This document shows, piece by piece, positions 11,145-25,329 of a stretch of 64,000 bases of DNA. The first letter of the stretch is position 1. Every line of letters begins with the position of its first letter. The notes beneath the pieces are model-generated. The model had not been told where the DNA came from. It did not search any database and was given only the letters and a program-made list of their open reading frames with translations. The stretch is from the human T2T-CHM13v2.0 reference genome, Homo sapiens: assembly GCF_009914755.1 (NCBI RefSeq), contig NC_060928.1. One strand, given 5' to 3'. A program made the position numbers and the translations under genes.

Positions 11145-12974
11145 CTTTATACTAATCTAATAAAGGTAAAAAAGAGTGACACACAATTGAAGCATATAAA
11201 GAAGAGGACCTAATCTTATTGAGACTCTTCTATGTGCTAGACCTTTTGCAAGATCCTTTGTCTACAAAACTCATCCAATCTTTTTAACAACTCCAGTAGA
11301 TAAGCATCATTATGAACATTTTGAGTTCCAAGAGGAAAAATAACTTATCTAGGTCATACAGTTAAGGAGCCAGGCCTTAAATCCAGGAGGTCTTTCTCCT
11401 CCAAACCTCCACAATCATCATATATGTTTTTATCAATTCTTCCCTTATAGCCACAAAATACCTTTCTATCCCTTTTTGGAGAGAGGTATAAACATCTGTG
11501 CATATGACATAAATATGTTGATTTCAACTCCACAAACATTTACCTATTACATAGTATGTGCCAGGCAGGCATTGTGAAATGTGCTGGAGATTCAAAATTG
11601 TAGAGACCATCTCTTTCTACGATTTGTCAAACTGTAGCTTGTTAATGTCAGGCTCTGAATTTCAAAGTATGTCATGTTCTTTTTTATTTTGCTAGAATCG
11701 CTAATGGTGCTCTCCACCATATTAATGATGTGTCTTCCATGGCCCTTTCTGCCCTTTGTAAACAACCACAGGTGTGGATTTTGTTTTGTCTGTGTGCAAG
11801 GCTTGCTGCTGAGACATTTCCCCATTAGACTGCTGCCCACAGCACCAGCTGTTGTTACAAACTGCTGATTCCCAGCCACACAGCTTTTCGTTTCCAGTTG
11901 CTTCAGATGGTATAATTCGCTGTGTCCTTGAAGCCTGCATCCATATGTTTGGGTCAAAATACCTTCTCATCCTCACTGGACCAACATAATATCAAGAATG
12001 TTATTTCTCTAAGTGTTTCTCAGACAGGCTTAAGAGTAAAGACGTGACTATATGTGCCACTGGAGTACAATTTTTAAAATACCTGCTTCTTTCCAGCATT
12101 GTCCTGTGTGACGTAGAATTTAGCCAATAAAAATCTCCTATATTTCTTATCTAGTTATTAAAATTAAATCTCAAAGTTACAATCATGCCTTTTTTTCCAG
12201 TTACTTTTTATGCAATGACATCAATATTTAAGAAAATTGTCTGAGGAAAAGGAAAAAGTCCTGATGTCATAAGCAATCTCAGACTATTCTTCACTTTAAA
12301 AACTTTATTCAGAAGCCTGTACCTACAAAATTTAGGGTATGGGATTATTTCATAGAAATTCTCCATGATTACATGTTTCCTTATCCCATTACAGTTTCAA
12401 CAGAAGCAATCAATATTTCACATTATCAGTGTACCGTCTACCAACATCCTATTCTATCTATAAAAAGAAAAAGTCATATAGGGAATATTTTGTCTATTAT
12501 TTTCAAAGAACCACCACTTTCAGTATTTAGCATGGTTCACTGTGTTGGAAATCAAAGTGAATGCTATTCTGGGAAAAAGCTGGGCTTTGAGGATTTTCAA
12601 ATAACAACTCAAATGACGTTATTTGTTACCTAGCTTGCCTTGGCCAGAGTTCTGTCTCCAGCAGAATTGGGGCCAATCAAGAGTTAGGATGCTCCTTCTT
12701 ATCAGCAATATCAAAGCTTCTCCCTCTGTTTCATCCTCTGAGTCAAGGGAGTCAACTAAATACTGTAAGTTCTCTTTCTTACATCCTAAATTGTTCTTCC
12801 ATCCTCTCCTCCTGCACCTCTCTCTTCTAGCACCTGAGGCCTTTGAGAATTCTCAATAGCATGGATGCAACAGATTCATCAACCTTGTGGCTTCTTTGCT
12901 TCAGGTTTGCTCCTCTGTGGTCCATTCCTTATGTAATCGACTAGTGTGATCATGTCATTAATGATAAGAACTAA

Positions 12975-13302
<328 letters not shown>

Positions 13303-13499
13303 AGAGTACAGGTATTTTTATGCATTACTAATTAAATTCAAAGGCACACAGATACGCCCCAAACCACTATCAATGCCATTTTTCAAATGAAAACAAAACA
13401 AAAAAGGCTTAGAGAAGTTAAGGACTTGACCACATCCAAAGAGCTACTAAGGGGTAGATTGAGGATTCAAACCCTGGACTGTCTAATCCATATGTGACC

Positions 13500-15850
13500 T
13501 TGTTGTGTCATTCTATGCAAAATTTCTATTTCACAGATACAATATCTGATTGATATAGCTTAGGTCAGATTCCACCTTTTGCCAGAGAGAATAAGGCAGC
13601 TTCAGTTACAGTTTTATTAACAGTATATCTAATAAAAGAGGGGTCGATTTTCAAATAAAATAAAAGAAGGTTGCAATTACAAGACGAATGAGTACTGGAT
13701 TGGCAAAAGCAAGACGTTCATGGTAGTTTCTCTCAGTAATCAACTGAAATCTCTCATTCAGACATGATCTCAAATTCTGTTATTAGATAGATACAGTAGA
13801 CACTCCACCTTGCAGTGAATTTGGCTCTTAGAGTGCTACAAGATGGACACTAAAATATGGATTAACTGAGTGGTGTCATTGGGTTCAAGAACAGGGAAGA
13901 GCTAGGACTTTGACACCCCCATTAGGTGGTGGCAACATGTTTGGTAAAATTGTGACATATTTTACCTTGACTTAGAGACCTTATGCCCACCAAGGTGGTA
14001 GTATTAGGAAAACATCAACATATTGGCTATATTTTTCTGCCTTCAGAAATGTCCTATAAGAGAAATGAACCTACATCAGAGTGAAACTAAAAATAATGGA
14101 AACATAACTGTGATAAAAACAGGCACTTTGAATGCTGTACTTCTCATACTTTGGAATCTTGCTGGATGAAAAAAGTATATTTTTGTACCACCCTACAGTA
14201 AGCGGGAGATATAGGAAAACTGGAGCTCAACAGGAGGTAAAACTGATAAGATTGGACAACTAGTTCTTTCCATGCACATCGTATTAGAAAAAGAGTTCCA
14301 CAGGCAAAGACACGAAACTGTGGATTTGCTGAGTGGAGTTAGTGGGTTGGAGAACTGGGGAGAGTCAGGTGGTCCAGGCTAGGACTGTGACACCCCCCTC
14401 CACTGACAGTAACATGGTTGGTCAAACTGTCACCTAATTCACCTTAACTTAGAGACCTTATGCCCACCAAGGTAGAAGAATACTAACCAGAGTAAGATGC
14501 CTGCCAGCAAATGCAGAAATAACAGTGGTGCGTTTTATTTGAAACAAATTTCTAATTTTCATAGGGAGAGGCCATTCAGCTAAAAAAAATAAGAAACCTT
14601 TGGTTTTAAGACAGTGTCCGGTCAGATCACTAACTATGGTGATCAGGGGATGAAATTTTCATGGGCAAAAAAATAGACTGGAAGCCTATTAAGTATGTGA
14701 GGAAAACGTTTTGCCAAGGAAACCCAAAATCTAGCCACGCTTCCTTAAGTCAATCCTGAGATCTTGGAACTCCATTTCTGGGGACCTGCGCTGTTATATC
14801 TGGGTAGACCTGTGAAGTATATCCTTACCTATAATTGACCCCAGTAGGGACCATGGAGAAATATAAACAAAGAACATCTTATAAGACAGAACAAGAGGCC
14901 AAAGGGGATGATGAACAAAAGAGATTCTTCCAGAAAGCAGACAACCTAGGCTGCCCCATAACTGACTACAGAATTTAATCCACTGTCACGGTAGAGAGTT
15001 TTGTCTTAACAGTTCTGCCCCTGTCCAGCAAGATGTGTGTGCTGCAGATTGTAGACTATAGCGTGTTCCCTTCCTGTCTTTTTCCAAATGGGAATCTAAT
15101 TGCAGTTTACAATTGCATATTCAGAATATTGGGGGCCAATTAAGTTTTAACTACATTGAACAGCTATGAAAATCCATATCCAGTTACTATTGAGATGACC
15201 ATAAATCACCCAGAGATCTTGGATTCGAAGATAGATAAACTGGATGAAACTTGGGATGGTCACCCTCAAGGAGAGGGTAAGCACATTCTAAGTAGCTTTG
15301 GTAATGTTAAATATATATTTGGGAAGAAGCTTTAATAAGGATGTGAGACAGCCCAATGGATGAACCATACCATTCAGCATTAGTAGCCTACCCAATGGCC
15401 ATTTCTCCTTTCCTCCTTGATAACAGAAATACGATTATGTTTAAGGTGGCAATATGCCCAGCTCCTGGGATAAATTATGATGAGTCTATCTAGATAAATC
15501 ATGGGGTTCCCATAGCCCTTTGCCAAATACTCACTTTCCTACTCACCTTGCAGCTTCAGGTAGCCAAAGGAGACCTAAGGGTGAGAATATCAGGGGTGGA
15601 AAAGTTCTATACTCTGATAAAGGGAATATTTCCCTTTATTTTCTATACTTAGAAAAATGTGGAAGTCATTTTGTGATTATGAAGCAAGCAATCAACGCAA
15701 GGATAAAAAACTCACATGCTGCAGATTGCAGAAAAGTGAGAGAATCTGGATCAGATTTCTTGTTAAGTAAATCAACCTTATAATTGATGTCATAGCGGAG
15801 ATTTATGTTATAGTTAAAAAAAGGTCTAATTAAAAAACCAATTCATAAGC
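13500..15850 (+). mobile_element. Ancient MLT1 (MaLR) internal sequence plus 3' LTR
   Basis: The 15040-15360 segment resembles the MLT1-int 3' end ('ttccaaatgggaatctaattgcag...ggatgaaacttggga'), followed by MLT1I/J-like LTR text ('tttctcctttcctccttgataacagaa'). Confidence 0.55.
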
Positions 15851-16100
15851 TGTATGCAGCATATGGAAGAAAGACACATATTTGAAGAACAGGGAGCAAA
15901 GATGATGATCAAGTCTTTCTGAATCCTGACTTATTTAAAGACTACTGTCTATACCGTTCTTGAAACTGTTATTTTCACAAAGTATTATCTTTTCTTTAAA
16001 CTGATGCTGAATTTGTGTAGTATGTGGAACTGTTAATAAATATGCAAAGGGTCAAATCATACCAAAATAGACAAAACACTTTACTAAATACAACTGAGTA

Positions 16101-16646
16101 CAGTTGACTTTTTGTATCTGTAGGTTCCACATCCTTGGAACCAACCAAGGATTGAAAATATAGTTTTAAAAATTGTCTGTACTAAATATGTACAGACTTT
16201 TATGTGTCATCATTTCCTAAACAATATAGAATTACAACTGTTTACACAGAATTTGCCCTGTATTAGAGATTATGAGTACTCCAGAGATGAATTCAAGTAT
16301 ACAGAGTGATATAATGGATTTTGGAGACTTTGGGGTGTTGTTTGGGAGGTGGGTGAGGAATAAAAGGCTTCATAGTGAGTACAGTGTACACTTCTCTGGT
16401 GAAGAGCACACTGAAGTCTCAGAATTCACCACTATAGAGCTTATCCATGTAACCAAAAATCACCTGTACCCCAACCTATTGAAATAAAAATAATTATAAT
16501 TAAAACAATAAAGTACATGGGATAATGTACATATGTTATATGCAAAAATACTATACCATTTTATATCAGGGACTTGAGCATCCATGGATTTTGGTATCCA
16601 ATGGAGATCCTATAACCAATCCCCTATGGATACCAAGGGACAACTG
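16101..16646. mobile_element. MER2 (TcMar-Tigger) element interrupted by an L1 3' end
   Basis: TA|cagttg...caactg|TA with imperfect TIRs; 'agggacttgagcatccatggattttggtatcc' is typical of MER2. Confidence 0.85.
16303..16510 (+). mobile_element. L1PB-like 3' UTR fragment
   Basis: 'tacagtgtacact...ctcagaattcaccacta...catgtaaccaaaaatcacctgtacccc...ctattgaaataaaa' plus an A-rich tail. Confidence 0.8.
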
Positions 16647-17059
16647 TATTTACTGAACTGTTACCAGCAGGCTGCAGATATAGTCAGATACTAATGGACA
16701 CTTAAAATTGAAAACCTGTTAAGAAGTGCACTGTACATTTTCTTTGTTTGCTTAAAAGCAGCTTCCTAGAAGCTGTCTAGTTCTACCTCGTGTTAATCTT
16801 TTCACATCCTACAGAGTTTTACAGACTTTTAGAATGCATCCTGGTAAGTGCTGTCTCTCTAATCATTGGACTTTTACTTTTAAGGCCAGCTTTACAAGAT
16901 ATTTTCCTTTAAGTGCTTGAGTTTTCCTTGTTTAGCTTCTCTGATATTTTTTTCAATTTTACTTCTTTTACTCTGCTTAATACTATATCTATTCATTTTT
17001 ATTTAATGGTTTGTTTCTTCCCTAACTAATTAAGATTCTCAGTAGCATTTGACTCAGCT

Positions 17060-18275
17060 GTCACGCCTTCCTTCTTGGTTTCCATGACATCACACTCCTT
17101 TGATTTTTCTTCTCCATCTATGACATTTACTCTTGGTGCTTTTGCTGTGTCCTTCCTTGCTCTATCTCTAAATGTTAAGAAGTCCCAACACGTATGCCTC
17201 ACCTTCTTCTCTTCTCTATGCATGATCTTCCCATGGGTAATCATGTTCTGCCCCAATTTTAAAGAAAATATACATTACAAGGCTCAAACATTAGTATCTT
17301 CAATCCCAATCTCTACTCTAAAATATATTATCTAATATATCCAATTCCCTAGTTGACATTTCTACTCAGATATCTAGAGATACCTTAACTCTGACATAGC
17401 CAAAACCGAATTGGTTTTTCAGCCCCTTTCCATTCTTCTTTCCTCAGTTTTCCCCATGTCAGTAAGCAAGGCCACCACCCATGCAGTAGCTCAAGCCAAA
17501 TGCCTGGAAGTCATCCTTCTTTCCTCTCAGTCCACATCTCTCAGTTCACAAGTCTGCTTACTCTACCTGCACAATACATCTTGAATCTATCTAATTCCAT
17601 TGACATTCCAATCTAATGTAGTCACCAACACCTCCTGCCTGGGATACCACCATAATCTCCTAACTCATCCTCCTGCTTCTTTTCTCCCCATCTCAATATC
17701 CATTTCCCATAAATCAGCCAGAGTGGTCTTTTTAAAAATGTAAATTATATCCCATCACTTCTCTGCATAAAACCCTCCTCATAGTGTCCTAACACAGTTA
17801 GATTCAAATCCAAATGCAGCCTCCAAGGTTCTCCCTGGGTGATCCGGCTCCCACCTACCTCACTGACTCATCTCACATCTCTCTGCCTCACTCCCTATGT
17901 GATAACTTCTCTGGCCTCTTTTCTCATCCTCATATAATCCCAGTTTATTCTGCTTTGGAGTCTTTGCATGAGCAGTGTCTTCTCTCGGGAAAACTTTTCC
18001 TCCAGATAGTCACATAGATGAATTTTACTTATAATCTAGGCCTCTGCTCAAAGTCAGCTCTTCAAAGAAGCCCTCTCTGACCAATAAACCTCAACAAGCC
18101 ACCCTACTGCTCTTGGCCCATGATGCTGCTTTCCTTCCTTCCTTCCCAGCAAGCACTGTCTTCCTCCAAAATAACCTACACTCTTTGAGAGCAGGGACTT
18201 TGCCTGACTTTGTCATTGCTGTGTGCCTGTTTCCTAGACACAATACACATGCCCAGTAAGTATCTGGTGAATTGC
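17060..18275 (+). mobile_element. L2 LINE (long 3' fragment)
   Basis: 'cagccagagtggtcttt', 'tctgctcaaagtcagctcttca', 'tgagagcagggacttt' are L2 motifs. Confidence 0.75.
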
Positions 18276-19125
18276 AAATAAGTTTATTGGGTTCTTACGC
18301 ATTAGGGAACCCCTTCCTAAAATTCCCTTAGCTCCTCTACCTTAGGAAAAGTATTTTCTTTTATATGCTTCATGGTTTTAAGATTAATCAGAAAAGACAT
18401 TTTGGAGCTAATTCTTTATTCATTCAATCAAGAAATATTTACTGTGCCAAACATTTTGCTATACAAAGAAAAATGAGACAGCAGATTCATTATCTAGTGG
18501 TACAGAATGGCATGAAAATGAGTAAGTACAATATAAACTGAGATCAATCAAACTACTAAGATACCTACTAATGTGGCCTTGTGCAAAGGGGGCCAGAAGT
18601 GGAGTGAAACAAAAATCAGTAATGAATACAGAAGAAGGATGACATTTGCTACATATAAATGAGTCAGAGGTTGAGCTCTATAAGCTACAAGGAGAAAAGA
18701 CTGCATTTGTTTCATTTCTCAATCCCATACAATGATGCCCTCCAAAATCACAATTACAGAAGGAGAGATTTTTCTTTGTAAGTCACAATGTTATTATAAC
18801 CCGAAAGTCAAGTTTTACTGAATTCAAGGACACTGCTTCCAAGTATCTTATGTGATTCAATTACACACAATTCTATATTATCATAATGCACGGTGACAGA
18901 TTACATAGAACTGCCATAAAATAGATGCTCTCTCAATTTATCCTCCTTCTCACAGCTGCCACCCTATTCTCTGCCAGCTTCCACTGCACCCTCTGTCATC
19001 ACCCACTGCCCATGTCCCATGGCTTCCCATTACACTCTGATCTCTGATACAAAGAATATAGGACTAAGCTTCTACCAACAGACTGGCCTGCCCACTGGCC
19101 TTCAAATGTGCCTTACTCAATCCTA

Positions 19126-19470
<345 letters not shown>

Positions 19471-20081
19471 ATACTTTTCCTTCTTGCTTCTAATATTCAA
19501 ATGCTACAAGTTCTTCAAGTTCAAGGGGCTCATCTCCTCCACGAAGTCTTCCCCTCCAGCCACTCTAGCCCACCGTGGGCTCATCCTTCTCTGACTACAC
19601 ACAGCATTCACTGCCTCTGCTGGCTATTTGCAGCTTTTTACAAACCTCCTGGAATTGTTTAAATGTTCATGTATCTGAGTTTTAACAATCTCCTAACTAG
19701 ATTATTTGATTTTTTAATATGGTGGCTCTGTCTTCTAGTTCTTGTCTATCCATACCCATAAAAAACAGTGGTGTCACCAGAGGAAGTGACCAGTTCCCAA
19801 ATCCCAGCATTTTACCTGCATGAACATGTTTTGTCATGGTGCCACAGAAGAGAGTCAGGTATAGGTCAGGAGTATAGGTTAAACCAGTGATTGGGTTTCT
19901 ACTTCTACAATGCAAATCCTTTTACACTTAGACCAAAAATTATAGGTGTCAATAATCACATATCCAGAAAATTAGTAGATACAAATAGTCTCTGAGATAA
20001 ATTAATGTTTCTTGTTGAAGAAAGAAAAATAAACTCCTTTAACTGAATAGTAATATAACCACAAATGGTTTTTGTACATAA

Positions 20082-20411
<330 letters not shown>

Positions 20412-20936
20412 AATATATTTCTATATAATTCAGCCACATGGTCTTTGGATTAGGCTTCTGGATTAACAACAAACAAAAAGCTTTTTCTCTTATCTGCAAG
20501 AGCAACTTTACTGGCTGTTGTCTCCATCAATTTTTTAAGGGTCAGTGCTGACTCCACAAGCATAGATTTGGAGTAGATAAACTGTTAATTTCAAATAATT
20601 TTCTCAACACTCACAGTGGAAAGAGTTATTCAGGCTGCTGCCCTAGGGTCCCTTTCCTATACCCCTCTCCTCCCTCTCCTCTATCCTCCTCTGTCACTCT
20701 TCTATAATCTACCACTCCTCCCTGGCCCCCAATTGTTTAAGTTGAGTTTGATCATGCTACTCCATTGGTACCTTCTGCTGCTCTTAAGCGAATGTCCTGA
20801 GTCCTTAAGATAGTGGTCAGTGATCTCTAGCATGCATTTTCCTAATCTCTCTTGCATCACCTCTCTTCTCTCTCCTCCTTACTCACTCTACTCCAGTCAT
20901 ACTTGATTTCTGTCAACTCTTAGAAGATGTCATTTC

Positions 20937-21409
20937 ATTTTTTTCTTTTTTTTATTTTATTATTATTATACTTTAAGTTTTAGGGTACATGTGTACAACG
21001 TGCAGGTTTGTTACATACGTATACATGTGCCATGTTAGTGTGCTGCACCCATTAACTCGTCATTTACATTAGGTATATCTCCTAATGTTATCCCTTCCCC
21101 CTTCCCCCACCCCACAACAGTCCCTGGTGTGTGATGTTCCCCTTCCTGTGTCCATGGGTTCTCATTGTTCAATTCCCACCTATGAGTGAGAACATGTGGT
21201 GTTTGGTTTTTTGTCCTTGCAATAGTTTGCTGAGAATGATGGTTTCCAGTTTCATCCATGTCCCTACAAAGGACATGAACTCATCATTTTTTATGGCTGC
21301 ATAGTATTCCATGGTGTATACGTGCCACATTTTCTTAATCCAGTCTATCGTTGTTGGACATTTAGGTTGGTTCCAAGTCTTTGCTATTGTGAATAGTGCT
21401 GCTATAAAC
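20937..21409 (-). mobile_element. L1PA 5'-truncated insertion
   Basis: Antisense L1 3' UTR plus ORF2 end; TSD agatgtcatttc at 20925-20936 and 21410-21421. Confidence 0.95.
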
Positions 21410-22747
21410 AGATGTCATTTCTTTTTCATCCTCCAGGGCTGCACTCAGGAGATTCCCACTTCATGAAATTCCTTTTCCCCCCACCCTCTATTGTCTGCCT
21501 AACTCTCACTTCTTCCAATTAAATGTTACTTCTTCATGAAGGTCTCTAGGAAAGTTTAGATTCCTCTGATGCAGTCTTTAACGACAACCATGAACTTTCT
21601 TTGGTAATACTCATAAAAATAATTTAATATCTAGCGGTCCACTATATATCAAGACCCCACGATAAGAGAGACTGGTGATCCCAGCAAATTCCAGTGTCTG
21701 GCATATAATTCATACTCAAGAAATTTGTTGAATTAATAAATGATAATGGGACACTGGAGCTGGAAGACCTAGGTTGGAGCCCCATTTTTGCTTACTGTGA
21801 CCTTGGACAAATCACTTATCTCACAGATCCTCAATGTCTTAATCTTCAGAAAGGGCATTATCATCACCCACTTCTAGTATACTGAAAGAACAAAATGATA
21901 TATATTCAGCTAAAGAGTTGGTAACTTGGAAAAGATTTATACAATTTAGCTGTTATTTTTAATTGACTAAAGATAGCCATAAGATTCACTGAGCTATATA
22001 CAGCCAATACTTAATCAGCAATTGCTGTGGCTAAAAGCTTTCTATGCATTATCTCAAATAATGCTAACTTTTACAATACTTCTAGAACGTCAGTATTGTT
22101 ATTATGAAGCCTCTTTACAGGCGGAGACAAGTCACAAAATAAGTGATGAATCTGAGATTCAAAGTACAAAAGGCTCCAAAGCTTAAATGAGACCACAACA
22201 AGCCTACCTCCCATTACTACAAATTAAACTCCATTACTTAGAAGAAGAGAGTTCAGTTTTCAGAGCAGAAAAACTATAACTTTGCTCGAGTCTAGTATAA
22301 AGCTGAGAAGCAGGTGTTTTCACTATTTGAATCATTGAGAAGAATCCAACACTTTAAAGAACCCTCATAATCACCATGACCATTTGTTAAGTGGGCCTTG
22401 TGTGCCAGTCTCCAGGATAGGCACTTTACAGTTGCCAGTCCTAAATTTCTCCAAAACCATCAATTTACCAATGAGAAAATGAGACTCAGGAAGAACAAAT
22501 CAAGCAATCTGTCTTCCTATAAGTCGAGCTTCAAGGCCAGGGTTGATCCCACCTCTCTCTAACTCCAAAGCTGTGCTCTTCAAACTACTACCTCTTAGAC
22601 TACCTCTAAGAACCTATACTGAGAAGCCTCATAAAAACATTTATCCTTAAGAAAAGCATATCCATTATTAAGATGTATATCCTTTCTCTAAGTATGTTGT
22701 TTATATTATTGTAAAATACTAGTGAAACAGATAACCCTGTGGCCAGG

Positions 22748-23245
22748 TATATTCATTCTCTATTGTTGCTGCAAAGAATTACCACAAACCTGGCTGAAAA
22801 CAAACAAATTTATTATCTTACAGTTTGGTAGGTCAGAAGTCTGACACTGAACTAAGACTAAAGTATTTGAAGTACTGGTGCTGGGTTCCTTTCTGGAGGC
22901 TCTAGGAAAGAACTCATTTGTCTTTTCCAGCTTTTAAGGCCACCTACATTCCTGGGCCTGTGTTCCCCTTCTATCTTCAAAGCCAAAAACTTTGAATCTC
23001 ATTAAGCATTCTTCTTTAGTGACATCTCTCTCTGACCACAGTAGGAAAGGATTTTTACCTATGAGGACCCATGTGATCAGACTGGGCCCACTGACACCTG
23101 ATCACCCTGGATAATTGTCCCATATCAAGGTCCTTAACTTGATTATATCTGCAGGGTCCCTTTAGCCATTTGAGGCGACATATTCACAAGTTCCAGGAAT
23201 AAGGAATATGGACATCTTTGGAGGCCCTTTAGTCTGCCTATCACA
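22748..23245 (-). mobile_element. MLT1D/E-like solo LTR
   Basis: 'attaccacaaac...aaatttattatcttacagtt...ctggaggctctagg...tggacatctttgg...tctgcctatcaca'. Confidence 0.8.
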
Positions 23246-23976
23246 CCAAAGCAACAGATCTGCTAGGGGCCCACTCCACCTCATCTACTAACACTCTCTG
23301 GGAAGAAAAGCAATACTCAGTAACTTTCAAATACCAGGGACTCAATGGAACCCTCAAGACATAGCAGAGGAGGCCTAGAAATTAGAGCGCAAAAGTGAGA
23401 GCTCCTGGAGACCTGTATCCATGTCTTGGCCTCATGAATGGCCATAACCCACCTTAGAGCTGGGGCATCCCAACAAATTTCAACATAGTGTATTTATCAT
23501 GCTGTGGCTAGAGAATGAGTAACAAGTATTCGGTTTACTTTTTTACTTTCATGTGTAATATTCAAGTCGCATTACCTTGTTTCTAATGAATGTGGGAGAT
23601 GTATCAGTCTTCTACACAAATTTGAGAGAATCTGACAATGAGTAGAAAGAACAAAGGCTTTGGAGTCAGATGGACGTTAAATCCATTATCCACATGCTCT
23701 GACAATTGCTGCATGAGCCTCAGTCCCTGTATTTGTGGAATGATGACAATACTCACCCACACGATGAGGATATAAGGATCTAAACCATTTATACGTGTAC
23801 ACTCTAAAACAGGGCCTGACACCTACAAGAGCAAAATAAATGTTAAGCCCTCTCCAAGCAGTCTGTCTACATAGGTTATAAGTATAATAATCATAGCAAA
23901 AATACGATCTTCATTTTTGGATCCTTTCTCTTCTCACCCACTCAGTAACTGGAAAAGTGCCTAGTCCAGATTAGAC

Positions 23977-24011
<35 letters not shown>
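23977..24011. repeat. (TA)7(CA)10 compound microsatellite
   Basis: Read directly from sequence. Confidence 0.95.
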
Positions 24012-24012
<1 letters not shown>

Positions 24013-24899
24013 ATACTGAAGTTTTCTTTTCCCTTTGGATCTAGAGAATAAACCCCTGGTTTGGATCAGTGATGAATTAAAGAGTCAGCTTGGGCTAGCA
24101 AGACCTAATTCCCTGAGTCACCCTCTGGAGCCCTGGACACTGCTAGATGACTTCACAATACTCACACACAGACTGTGAAACTTAAAAAATGGTCTTGCAT
24201 GTAAGCCATGGTGGGTTATTAACATACAAAATAGATTAAAATACATAAAACAGCCCAATTCATCATACCCAGCATATCTTTAATAAGAGCACAAGTGACA
24301 ACTGGATGAATGTTTTCCAGAAACCTGAAGACAGATTTAAATCACAAAATACCCTGTAATCAAAGAGTAAATCACCTTTTCACCTAATGCTAAAAGAACA
24401 TATAAATTAGAAGAGTTTGTGGTAAACAAACTAATATTTTAGAAGCTAGTTGGTGTTTTCTAGTTCTAATCATTCATAAAGCCCAAATGAAGAGAGACTA
24501 CAGTGTATGTCTGACTCTTGCAGAAATAGTATCTATTTGGGATAATCTCCCCCTGATTAAGCAAAGGATTATAAATCCATGACACACTTCTCAAATCCTA
24601 ATCCCCCTTCTCTGAAAATGATGCTTCCTCCTATTTCGCAGAATGCAAATCCGTTGCACATGTCCTCCCCAAACCTAATTTATTCCCTAATGTCCCCAAG
24701 AAGAGACTCAATACCCCATATTCCTTCCCGAGATCAACCTAACAACAACCTAACTGAGATATAACTCAGTTTGTATATCTACAAACTGAGGGTATAAACA
24801 CAAACAACATCCCATCTCTGCCCCAGAACAACTCACCCTCTTAGAGAGACATATACAGCAATAAAGTATTGCACAAATAGTATTCAGCACTTAGGAGGA

Positions 24900-25300
24900 G
24901 TAAACTATATCCACGAATGCAGCTAGATCTCAAAAACATAATGACAAGTGAAAAAGTCTTAAAATACACCATTTGTGTAAGTTTAAAAACATACACATAA
25001 AACATATTAAACACTGCTCATGCATACTGACATGTCCAGATAAAGGATATTAAAATTAATGGGAAAGATAAACACCAAATTCATGGTAGTGGTTGTAACT
25101 GCAGAGGAGAGGCGATTAAAAAGGCAATGTTGTAGGTGATAATAAATATGTCAACTTTATTGCTAACATTTTATTTATTTTATGGAAAAAAAGGCTGGAA
25201 GCAAATATTTTCAATAATTGTTAACTAGCAATTTGGGGCAGGAATCCCCAGGTATTTGTTACTGTCTACATTCTTCAGTATTTTTATAAGTAGTTAAAAT
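24900..25300 (+). mobile_element. L1ME-like 3' fragment
   Basis: 'atctcaaaaacataatg...gtgaaaaag', 'aaacaccaaattcatggtagtggtt'. Confidence 0.55.
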
Positions 25301-25329
25301 TGAAATAGCCAATTGCATCATGTGTCTAT

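Noticed and set aside
16091-16106. Palindrome caactg-agta-cagttg at the MER2 left end
   Set aside because: Only a 6-bp stem; compatible with chance.
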